From the sequence record DRR378314_2032: DNA of 20,000 nucleotides, one strand, 5' to 3'. Of the stretch, positions 1 to 8,635 are shown piece by piece. The stretch's first letter is position 1. Each line of letters starts with the position of its first letter. The notes under the pieces were generated by a model that did no database searches, was not told the DNA's origin, and saw nothing but the letters and a program-made list of their open reading frames with translations. The translations under genes and the position numbers were made by a program.

Positions 1-2949
1 CTAAGTGGCCTATTGGGTTTGTCCATGCTCACCCTCCTATTATCTTGTAAAAAGGGTGAATCACCAATGGTTGGCAGTGAAAAAAACAATCTGGAAAGAA
101 TACTTACCTTCCCGACAAAGGATGGTTTTCCTGAGGGCTCTTTCCTGACTACCAATAAGGAAGAAAGTGGATTTACCATTGTTGAAAATGGGGTTGCTAG
201 TGATATTTTGGTCAGCCCATCCGACCATCCAGGCGTGTTAAGGATAGCAGGTATGTTCCAAAAGGATTTGGGCCATGTCTCTGGCCAAGAACCTGAATTG
301 ATCGTTGGTGACGAATATCAATCAAAAAATCTCATCATAGTCGGTACCGTTGGCAAAAGCAGTTTGATCGATCGTTTGGGCCAAGAAGGTAAAATCGATG
401 TAGCCCAATTGGAGGGCAAATGGGAGCAGTTCTTGATTACTTCTGTGGAAAACCCGATGGAAGGGGTAGAAAACGCTCTTATCATAGCCGGAAGCGACAA
501 ACGGGGAACCATTTTCGGGATGTTCGACCTTTCGGAAAAAATAGGTGTCTCCCCTTGGTATTGGTGGGCCGATGTTCCCATAAAAGTCCGTGAGAACATC
601 TACGCCAAACCACAAACCTATACCCTTGGCGAACCCAAAGTAAAATATCGGGGCATATTCATCAATGACGAAGCCCCCGCATTATCGGGATGGGTGACAG
701 AAAAATATGGTGATTTCAACAAACAGTTTTATGAAAAGGTTTTTGAATTGATCCTTCGGATGAAAGGAAACTACCTCTGGCCTGCCATGTGGGGAAGGTC
801 ACTTTGGGACGATGACCCCACCACTGCCCCCTTAGCCGATGAAATGGGTATAGTTTTGGCCACATCGCACCACGAACCGTTGATGCGTTCGCACGTGGAA
901 TGGGACCGCCATGGGGAAGGTCCATGGGATTATGACAAAAACCCTGAAAAACTAAGGGAGTTTTGGAGAGAAGGTATGGAGCGTACCAAAGGACAAGAAA
1001 AAGTGGTGACCCTTGCCATGCGAGGAGACGGGGATGAAGCGATGAGTGAAGGCACCAATATCGATCTCTTGGAAAAAATTGTAAAAGATCAAAGAGAGAT
1101 CATAGAAGAAGTTACCGGCAAACCTATTGCGGAAACCCCACAGGTATGGGCATTGTACAAAGAAGTTCAAGATTATTATGACAAAGGTATGCGCGTTCCC
1201 GACGATGTAACCTTATTGCTGTGTGATGACAACTGGGGTCAGGTACGGGTTTTGCCAGCTTTGGACAGCGAACCTCGTGAGGGCGGATATGGCATGTACT
1301 ATCATTTTGATTTTGTTGGCGGGCCCCGGAGCTACAAATGGTTGAACACTACCCAAATTGAAAGGGTCTGGGAGCAAATGAACTTAACATATTCTTACGG
1401 AGTGGATGAAATTTGGTTGGTCAATGTGGGAGATATCAAACCTATGGAGTTCCCGATCAGTTTCTTTTTGGATTATGCCTGGAACCCTGAGGACTTCCCC
1501 GCAGAGAAACTGCCGGAATATTACACCACATGGGCCCAAAAGCAATTTGGAACCGAGCACGCCAAAGAAATCGGTGAAATCATAGCACTTTACACTAAAT
1601 ACAACTCACGCAGAAAACCAGAATTGATTGAACCGACCACCTACAGTCTACAAAACTTCAATGAAGCAGAAAAAATGGTCGAAGATTACAATTCCTTGGT
1701 GACCCGTGCAAAAAAAGTTGAAGAGCAATTGCCAGCGGAAGCCCTTGATGCTTTTTATCAATTGGTGCTATATCCGGTGGAAGCGTGCGCAAACCTGAAC
1801 GAAATGTACGTGTCTGCGGGCAAGAACAGCTATTATAATTTTCAGAACAGGGCATCCACAAACCACTTTGCCGACAAAACAAGAGAACTGTTTTTCAAGG
1901 ATACCGTGTTCACCAATCACTATCATGGTCTGGCCAATGGCAAATGGAACCATATGATTTCCCAAACCCATATGGGGCATACCGACTGGAGGGACCCAGC
2001 TTATAACAAAATGCCTTCGATATCCTACATCCAACCTGAAAACCAAGCCAATTTGGGTTACGTAGTGGAGGATGGTGTTAGTCGCTCCCCTTGGATGCAA
2101 GGTGGTCTCAACAGTAGCAGTTTTCCCTCTTTTGACCCCATCAACGATCAAAACTATTATGTGGAGATCTTCAATATGGGGCAGGAAAAATTGAGCTATA
2201 CCATCACCACGGAAAACGAATGGATCAAGTTGTCTTCGAAAGGAGGCACCATTCAATATGATGAAAAAGTTTTTGTCAGTATTGACTGGAATAAAGCTCC
2301 CAGTGATCAAGACCTAGGGGAAATAACGATTAAAACTGATCATTCTGAAGAAGAAATCAAGGTTAGCGTACCTATCCGAAACGACCTCCCGGAAAACATC
2401 ACAGGTTTTGTAGAAAATCAAGGTATAGTGAGCATGGATGCAGTAAATTATCAAAGTGCGAATGACACAGAAGATGTTTCCTGGCAAACCATACCCAATC
2501 TTGGACGAACAGGGTCTGCCATAACCACTAAGCCCGTTACCGCTACAAAACAGAATCCTAACGATAACGGTCCATATTTGGAATACGATATTTATCTTAT
2601 GGATTCAGGCACTTACAACCTGACGACCTACTTTTCACCCACCCTTAACTTTCAAAAAGATGAAGGTTTGATTTATGCCGTTTCCATTGATGGAGATGCC
2701 CCACAAATGATAAATTTGCACAAAGATGCCATAGCCGCGGATTGGACCTATCCCACTTGGTGGAACGAAGCGGTCAAGGACAACATCATGAAACAAACCG
2801 TGCTTTCCAAAGAACTTTCGGCAGGAACGCACACCATCAGGTATTGGGCCGTTGACCCCGGGCTTGTATTGCAAAAAATAGTGCTGCAAAAAGAAGGTGT
2901 TGATGTAGAAAGTTACTTAGGTCCGCCAGAAAGCTTGATCAAGAAATAA
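1..2949 (+). CDS. GH115 xylan alpha-1,2-(4-O-methyl)glucuronidase, lipoprotein; 5' end lies upstream of the window
   Basis: Frame 1 is open from base 1 (LSGLLGLSMLTLLLSC), so the TTG at 13 is probably not the true start. Lipobox-like LLSC. GH115 motifs GSDKRGTIFG, GVSPWYWWAD, VKYRGIFINDE, NYLWPAMW, SHHEP, MRGDGD, WALYKEV, LCDDNWG, YYHFDFVG, NVGDIKPME. Confidence 0.93.
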   Translation, partial: LSGLLGLSMLTLLLSCKKGESPMVGSEKNNLERILTFPTKDGFPEGSFLTTNKEESGFTIVENGVASDILVSPSDHPGVLRIAGMFQKDLGHVSGQEPELIVGDEYQSKNLIIVGTVGKSSLIDRLGQEGKIDVAQLEGKWEQFLITSVENPMEGVENALIIAGSDKRGTIFGMFDLSEKIGVSPWYWWADVPIKVRENIYAKPQTYTLGEPKVKYRGIFINDEAPALSGWVTEKYGDFNKQFYEKVFELILRMKGNYLWPAMWGRSLWDDDPTTAPLADEMGIVLATSHHEPLMRSHVEWDRHGEGPWDYDKNPEKLREFWREGMERTKGQEKVVTLAMRGDGDEAMSEGTNIDLLEKIVKDQREIIEEVTGKPIAETPQVWALYKEVQDYYDKGMRVPDDVTLLLCDDNWGQVRVLPALDSEPREGGYGMYYHFDFVGGPRSYKWLNTTQIERVWEQMNLTYSYGVDEIWLVNVGDIKPMEFPISFFLDYAWNPEDFPAEKLPEYYTTWAQKQFGTEHAKEIGEIIALYTKYNSRRKPELIEPTTYSLQNFNEAEKMVEDYNSLVTRAKKVEEQLPAEALDAFYQLVLYPVEACANLNEMYVSAGKNSYYNFQNRASTNHFADKTRELFFKDTVFTNHYHGLANGKWNHMISQTHMGHTDWRDPAYNKMPSISYIQPENQANLGYVVEDGVSRSPWMQGGLNSSSFPSFDPINDQNYYVEIFNMGQEKLSYTITTENEWIKLSSKGGTIQYDEKVFVSIDWNKAPSDQDLGEITIKTDHSEEEIKVSVPIRNDLPENITGFVENQGIVSMDAVNYQSANDTEDVSWQTIPNLGRTGSAITTKPVTATKQNPNDNGPYLEYDIYLMDSGTYNLTTYFSPTLNFQKDEGLIYAVSIDGDAPQMINLHKDAIAADWTYPTWWNEAVKDNIMKQTVLSKELSAGTHTIRYWAVDPGLVLQKIVLQKEGVDVESYLGPPESLIKK

Positions 2950-2984
2950 TTTAATTTTCAACATAAATCAATTAAACACGTATT

Positions 2985-4943
2985 GTGAAAAACGGTAAAA
3001 CCTTTGCAACATTTATCTTAATGGTGTTCGCTGTAACTGCAGGAATATCCCAAATAACACTTCCTGAAATCATCAGGGACAGTATGGTCATCCAGCGCAA
3101 TGCCAAAATCACCATTTGGGGCTGGGCATCGACGGGAGAACGAATAACAGCGACATTCAACGGAAAGCAAAGAAAAACGTCTGCCGATTCCGAAGGGAAC
3201 TGGAGCTTGGAATTCCCCAAAATGAAGGCGGGAGGCCCCTACACCCTAGCAATTTCCGGAAAAAACGATATCTGTCTGGAAGATATCTTGATCGGGGATG
3301 TATGGCTTTGCTCCGGACAATCGAATATGGTGCATCAAATGGACATTCATGATGTTACCTATGCAAAAGATATTGTTAATGCCGATTACCCAGAAATCAG
3401 GCATTTTAAGGTACCTCGGAAAACTGACCTACAAGGCCCGAGCAAAGATTTGGACGGAGGCTCTTGGAAAGTTGCCGTATCCGAGGAGGTTCGCCCTTTT
3501 TCAGCCGTCGCTTATTTTTTTGCACGCAAATTGTATAAAAAATATGGGGTGCCCATCGGGCTAATCAATGCAAGTGTCGGCGGCACTCCAATCGAGGCTT
3601 GGATAAACGAGCAGGGCTATCAAGAATTCCCAGATATTTTAAAAATTATTGAAGAAAACAAAGATACTGCCTTTGTGAACAGCCATTCCAGAAAGCGTTT
3701 CTCTGGCGAACAAAAGGCTCAACAACCAAAGGACAAAGGCCTTATCGGCGAAAAACCTTGGTATGATGTGGATTTCACCCCTGAGAACTGGCGCAGGATA
3801 AACATTCCTGGCTATTGGGAAGATCAAGGAGCCAGAGACCTCAACGGAGTGGTATGGTACCGAAAGGAAATCGTTCTGCCCCAATCCATGACCCATGAAG
3901 ATGCAACCGTATTTTTGGGCCGCATCGTTGACGCCGACGAATTGTATATCAATGGTAAAAAAGTGGGCAATACTACCTATCAATATCCACAAAGAAGATA
4001 TGATGTCCCCGCAAATATTCTAAAGGCTGGGAAAAACACTTTTGTCATTCGTGTGACCAATAATTTTGGAAAAGGCGGTTTTGTGCCGGACAAACCCTAT
4101 TATATTTTTACGGACAAGGATACCGTAGATTTAAAAGGATATTGGCAATACAAGGTTGGAGAGGTGTACCCGCCCGTTGATTTCTCTTCTTTTTCACAGA
4201 ATGATGACAAACCCGAAGAAAGAACCATCAATCCCCAAAATGAGCCCACGGCCTTGTACAACGGTATGGTGGCTCCCTATGTTCAACTTCCCATAAAAGG
4301 GGTGTTGTGGTATCAAGGCGAGAGCAATGCTGGCAGACCTGAAGAATATCTGGACCTAATGCACGCCCTGATGAATGGATGGAGAGGAATTTACAATGAT
4401 CCCGAGCTGCCCTTTATCTATGCCCAGCTTCCCAATTTTGGTGATGTGACCTACTCTCCCACCGAGAGCAACTGGGCCGAACTCAGGGAGGCGCAACTAA
4501 AGGCTTTGGGCGATCCCAATACCGCAATGACAGTCAATATTGATTTAGGGGAATGGAACGACATCCACCCCGACAACAAGAAAGATGTAGGGGAACGAAT
4601 GGCTCTGGCCGCCCAAAACTTGGTATATGGTGAAGATATTGTGTATTCAGGGCCACTTTATCAATCTTCTCAAATAAAAGATGGTAAAATCGTCATTTCC
4701 TTTTCACATGTCGGTGGAGGATTGATGACCAATGATAGCGGAGCACCTGATACTTTTGAGATTGCCGGTGAGCACAAAAACTTTGTTTGGGCACAAGCAA
4801 AAATTGAAGGGAACAAAGTAATTGTATGGAGCGACGAAATCCCCAATCCAAAATATGTCCGCTATGCTTGGGCAGATAATCCGGATAACCCTAATTTATA
4901 TAATATGGAAGGGCTCCCTGCATCGCCTTTTAGAACTGAATGA
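2985..4943 (+). CDS. SGNH-hydrolase, sialate O-acetylesterase (SASA/DUF303)-like; probable acetylxylan esterase
   Basis: GTG start and signal peptide (…VTAGISQ). SGNH blocks WLCSGQSNM, VGGTPIEAW, WYQGESN, DIHP, and typical C-terminus VRYAWADNP…GLPASPFRTE. Internal beta-sandwich-like insert (GVVWYRKEI…LYINGKKVG). Confidence 0.88.
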   Translation: MKNGKTFATFILMVFAVTAGISQITLPEIIRDSMVIQRNAKITIWGWASTGERITATFNGKQRKTSADSEGNWSLEFPKMKAGGPYTLAISGKNDICLEDILIGDVWLCSGQSNMVHQMDIHDVTYAKDIVNADYPEIRHFKVPRKTDLQGPSKDLDGGSWKVAVSEEVRPFSAVAYFFARKLYKKYGVPIGLINASVGGTPIEAWINEQGYQEFPDILKIIEENKDTAFVNSHSRKRFSGEQKAQQPKDKGLIGEKPWYDVDFTPENWRRINIPGYWEDQGARDLNGVVWYRKEIVLPQSMTHEDATVFLGRIVDADELYINGKKVGNTTYQYPQRRYDVPANILKAGKNTFVIRVTNNFGKGGFVPDKPYYIFTDKDTVDLKGYWQYKVGEVYPPVDFSSFSQNDDKPEERTINPQNEPTALYNGMVAPYVQLPIKGVLWYQGESNAGRPEEYLDLMHALMNGWRGIYNDPELPFIYAQLPNFGDVTYSPTESNWAELREAQLKALGDPNTAMTVNIDLGEWNDIHPDNKKDVGERMALAAQNLVYGEDIVYSGPLYQSSQIKDGKIVISFSHVGGGLMTNDSGAPDTFEIAGEHKNFVWAQAKIEGNKVIVWSDEIPNPKYVRYAWADNPDNPNLYNMEGLPASPFRTE

Positions 4944-4973
4944 TTATTCGTAATTGTGCCATTTTCTCATGGT

Positions 4974-5348
4974 TCAATCAAATGGATAAGTCCATAAAGG
5001 AACCACATTGTCCAAATGTACATTGAGGGCATCATCATAAGTGAGGATAACAGCTGCTTTTTTGCCCTGCCAAGGCAAATTGTTCAGGTTCACCAAATCA
5101 TCCTTACTGAATGAAAATAAAGGGGACCCCTCCTTCATCTGCGAATTGACCTCCTTTGGATTATTTACCTTGGAAAGCATCGCGCTCCTCTCTGAATCAA
5201 AATTCTTAGGGTCAACTTTGGATGATTCATAAATAGAAGCTGAGTACATTGCCTTATCACTATTGGGCGTCGAGAGTTTATTTTGGGCATTTCCAACAAA
5301 GCTCACCATTAAAAACCCATATACTGTTGCTTTTTTTATAATATTCAT
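4974..5348 (-). pseudogene. Truncated polysaccharide deacetylase (CE4/NodB-like) fragment
   Basis: Signal peptide (…VGNAQ), then WQGKKAAVILTYDDALNVHLDNVVP, which is CE4 motif 1 (T-Y/F-D-D). The ORF stops about 18 codons after the DD and lacks the His-x3-His metal motif and the rest of the domain. Confidence 0.8.
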
Positions 5349-5365
5349 CCGTTTCTTTTAAAATC

Positions 5366-5413
5366 AAAAACAAAAAACCATGATGAAAATGAATAAAAAT
5401 TCTCATCATGGTT
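5366..5413 (-). terminator. Intrinsic terminator downstream of the GH10 gene
   Basis: Perfect 11-bp inverted repeat AACCATGATGA (5376-5386) / TCATCATGGTT (5403-5413). On the - strand it extends to 15 bp with one G-U pair, has an 8-nt loop and is followed by UUUUGUUUUU. Confidence 0.8.
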
Positions 5414-5441
5414 ACTTCTTCATTATACGGTCAATATTTTA

Positions 5442-6629
5442 TTATTCTGGGCTTTCACCGTTCAATCCCGCAACCAATCCCCTGTGCGTGATTTTGGTGT
5501 TAAAATCGTTGTCGTATAGCAATGGCCAATCCGAACCGCCATCGTACAACCAACTATCCTGATCTCTAAAGCCCCAAAGGGTCAATCCAAATTGTTGCGT
5601 TTGGGGCACAATGGTGGTATAGTAATATCCTGCTCTCTGGTATTGTACCTCTTGTGCCTCTGCCCTTTCCACAGTAAGTTCATCAATATCGTCGCTATAG
5701 TTGGCCTTTACGTCCAACTCAGAAACATGCACCAATAACCCGGTATCCGCAATATCTTGAATTGCAATTGGCAAATCTGAAGATGGCCAATCATGGTTCA
5801 AGTGCATCTGCATACCAATTCCGTCAATTGGAATATCTTCAGCGTCAAATTCAGATGCCATATTGACTATGGAATTGCGTTTGCCCACTTCGCCTGCAAT
5901 GTTATAATCGTTGTAGAACAGTTTTACATCCGGGTCCGCTTCGCGTGCCCATTGAAAGGCTTTTTTATGGAAATCGGTGCCAATACGCTGGGTAAACAGC
6001 GAAGTGCGCACTGAAGCTCCATCAAAATACTCGTTGACCACATCCCAAGATGCCACAATCGGGTTTCCTTCACCATCCGTGGCTTCGGCAAAATGAGCCA
6101 CCGTTGCCTTGACATAGCCCTCCACTTGTGCTTCAAATTCTTCATCGGTTCCTTCAAAATTGTTCAACCAACCGGGAATGGACGAATGCCAGATCAATGC
6201 ATGGCCATGCACCCGTAATCCGTTAGCCGAGGCGTAAGACACAATGGCATCTCCATCGCTGAAATCATAGGTATCAGGGCCTGTAAACATATTGCCCATC
6301 TTCATATCGTTTTCGGCCGTAATGCTATTGTACTCTTGATTAAGAAGTGTTTTAAAAGTGGTGTTGTCCGAGGATACTGAGGCTAGTTTACTGGCCGAAA
6401 CAATATTTCCTATGGGGAAACTTGCCACATCCTTCAAGTTTTGGGTGGCATCATATGTAAATGGATCACTGTTGTCCGATCCGTTATCGGTCGGTGGCGT
6501 GGTCGGGTCTGGATCCGGGTCGGTACCTTCTGTTGGACCACCAACTTGAGGACCGGTAACATCGTCTCCAGAACTGCAACCAATTAAAAACCCTACTAAC
6601 AAAATGGGTATAATTTTGAATACTTTCAT
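5442..6629 (-). CDS. GH10 endo-1,4-beta-xylanase, lipoprotein with Pro/Thr/Asp-rich N-terminal linker
   Basis: Lipobox LIGC. GH10 motifs ITAENDMK, VHGHALIWH, WDVVNE (acid/base), LFYNDYN, IDGIGMQMH, HVSELD (nucleophile), LWGFRD, PLLYD. Confidence 0.95.
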   Translation of the reverse strand: MKVFKIIPILLVGFLIGCSSGDDVTGPQVGGPTEGTDPDPDPTTPPTDNGSDNSDPFTYDATQNLKDVASFPIGNIVSASKLASVSSDNTTFKTLLNQEYNSITAENDMKMGNMFTGPDTYDFSDGDAIVSYASANGLRVHGHALIWHSSIPGWLNNFEGTDEEFEAQVEGYVKATVAHFAEATDGEGNPIVASWDVVNEYFDGASVRTSLFTQRIGTDFHKKAFQWAREADPDVKLFYNDYNIAGEVGKRNSIVNMASEFDAEDIPIDGIGMQMHLNHDWPSSDLPIAIQDIADTGLLVHVSELDVKANYSDDIDELTVERAEAQEVQYQRAGYYYTTIVPQTQQFGLTLWGFRDQDSWLYDGGSDWPLLYDNDFNTKITHRGLVAGLNGESPE

Positions 6630-6676
6630 TTCAATTTTCTTTTTAGTTATTATGCAATTTTTGATGTTTGGAACAT

Positions 6677-7882
6677 TTAATTTATTGTCCCTGTTTGTTT
6701 TAATTTGTGCAAAATCCCCAACTCCAGACCTCTTATTTCCGCAAGTCCCTTAAGTCTTCCGATCAACGAATAGCCTGGATATTTTTCTTTGCCTTCAAAC
6801 GAGTGCAGAAATCCATGGTCGGGGCGCATGGGAAGTGCTGTTTTGCGCTTTTGCATAAGCACCACCAACTTTTCCACGATTTCTTCCATCGGGTTGTCTC
6901 CATTCAGGTGCTCCGACTCCCTAAATCGTTTACCGTCCTCCCTTTTCACGTTTCTCAAATGCAAAAAATGAATGCGGTCTCCGTGCTTATCGATAATGCG
7001 CACCAAATTGTTATTGGGCTGAGCTCCCAAGGAACCGGTGCAATAACAAAGTCCATTGGCACTTACTGGAACTTTGGACATAATAGCTGCGATATCTTTT
7101 TCTGTTGACACCACCCTGGGAAGTCCCAAAACTGAAAAAGGTGGGTCATCGGGGTGAATGGCCAGTTTCATCCCCAATTCTTCTGCCACTGGTGCGACTT
7201 CGGAAAGAAATTGAATCAAATTATTTCTCAGAGCGTCGTCATCAATGCCGCTGTAAGCTTCCAGCAATTCCAAAATCTTCTCCGGTGTGAAGCTTTCGTC
7301 ACTACCCGGTAACCCTAACAACACATTTTGAAAGAGTCGTTCTTTTTCTTCTTCATTCAAACTGTCCCCATAGACTTTGGCCTCATCCAGTTGTTCTTTG
7401 GAATAATCATCCTGCGCATCTGGTCTTTTCAGCAAAAACACATCGAAAAATGTAAAGGCGACCTCATCGAACAACAGTGCTTTTGTACCATCTGGATTGG
7501 AGTAGCTTTGGTCGGTGCGCACCCAGTCCAAAATGGGCATAAAGTTGTAGGCGACCACTTTGATACCACATTGGGCAAGGTTTTCCAAGCTCTTCTTATA
7601 GTTCAAAATGTGTGTTTGGTACTCTCCTCCCCTTCTTTTGATATCTTCATGAACGGGCAAACTTTCCACCACGCTCCATTCCATTCCTTCCCTTCGGATA
7701 ATTTCTTGGCGTTCTTGAATATCTTTAACCTGCCAAACTTCTCCGACCGGAATTTGGTGCAAAGCGGTAACAACTCCCGTTACCCCGCATTGTCGAATAT
7801 CCCGAAGGGATACTCCATCGTGCGGACCGTACCAACGCATGGTCTTTTGCATGGTGATTCTATGTGATTCGTTTCTGCTCAA
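6677..7882 (-). CDS. uxuA: Mannonate dehydratase
   Basis: Motifs RWYGP, VVTALH, VVESLPVHEDIK, YNFMPILDWVRT, AIHPDDPP, HFLHLRNV, MRPDHG, PGYSLIGRLKGLAE. The TTG at 7882 overlaps the SDR stop (TTGA); an alternative ATG is at 7852. Confidence 0.96.
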   Translation of the reverse strand: MSRNESHRITMQKTMRWYGPHDGVSLRDIRQCGVTGVVTALHQIPVGEVWQVKDIQERQEIIRREGMEWSVVESLPVHEDIKRRGGEYQTHILNYKKSLENLAQCGIKVVAYNFMPILDWVRTDQSYSNPDGTKALLFDEVAFTFFDVFLLKRPDAQDDYSKEQLDEAKVYGDSLNEEEKERLFQNVLLGLPGSDESFTPEKILELLEAYSGIDDDALRNNLIQFLSEVAPVAEELGMKLAIHPDDPPFSVLGLPRVVSTEKDIAAIMSKVPVSANGLCYCTGSLGAQPNNNLVRIIDKHGDRIHFLHLRNVKREDGKRFRESEHLNGDNPMEEIVEKLVVLMQKRKTALPMRPDHGFLHSFEGKEKYPGYSLIGRLKGLAEIRGLELGILHKLKQTGTIN

Positions 7883-8619
7883 AACCCAATACTGTTTCCA
7901 CCATCAACGGGAAGCACTGTCCCTGTAATAAATTTTGCTTGGTCGGAGCACATAAAGTATACCGCATCCGCGATATCCTCTGGTAGTCCCATTTTTCCCA
8001 TCGGCGTTCTTGAGAAGACTTTTTCCTTCCGTGGAGGGTCGGAGTCAAGTGCCTTGGCGGTCATTTTGGTCTTTATAAAACCTGGCGCAATACAGTTGGT
8101 CCTGATGTTGTATTGGGCCAAGTCCACGGCCATGGACCTGGTCATGCCCTCAATGGCGGTTTTACTTGAAGCATAGGCCACAACCTTGGGCATACCGTAC
8201 TGTGCGGCCATGGAACTGATGTTGACAATGCTTCCACCGCCGGTTTCCTTCATTTTTTTCACCACCTCCCTGCTTATCGCAAACACGCTGAACAGGTTGG
8301 TTTGAACGATTTGTTCAAACTCAGCATCGGTAACGTCTATGAATTCCTTCTTCATGTTGATACCCGCGTTGTTCACAAGAATATCAATATGCCCTTCTTT
8401 ATCGAATATCCCTTGAATCATTCCTGGGATGTCCTCCAATTTTGTCAAATCAAAAATCAATGGGATTGCATTATCCCCCATTTCCGCACAAGCATTTTCC
8501 GTACGCTCTTTGGTTCGCCCAATAACGTAGGTTTTGATATCGTTATCACAAAACTTCTTTGCAGTTGCATACCCCAATCCGGAGTTTCCCCCGGTTACTA
8601 TGGCTATTTTTTTATCCAT
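7879..8619 (-). CDS. Classical SDR oxidoreductase (gluconate 5-dehydrogenase-like); probable fructuronate reductase by context
   Basis: TGGNSGLG, NNAG, NISS, YASSK (YxxxK), IAPG, ITGTVLPVDGG. It lies between GH67 and uxuA, and no mannitol-dehydrogenase-family UxuB is present in the window. Confidence 0.85.
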   Translation of the reverse strand: MDKKIAIVTGGNSGLGYATAKKFCDNDIKTYVIGRTKERTENACAEMGDNAIPLIFDLTKLEDIPGMIQGIFDKEGHIDILVNNAGINMKKEFIDVTDAEFEQIVQTNLFSVFAISREVVKKMKETGGGSIVNISSMAAQYGMPKVVAYASSKTAIEGMTRSMAVDLAQYNIRTNCIAPGFIKTKMTAKALDSDPPRKEKVFSRTPMGKMGLPEDIADAVYFMCSDQAKFITGTVLPVDGGNSIGF

Positions 8620-8635
8620 TTATGTATTCTAAAGT

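Noticed and set aside
5380..5562. 60-aa + strand ORF
   Set aside because: It starts inside the terminator hairpin and runs antisense to the GH10 3' end, with no protein-like features.
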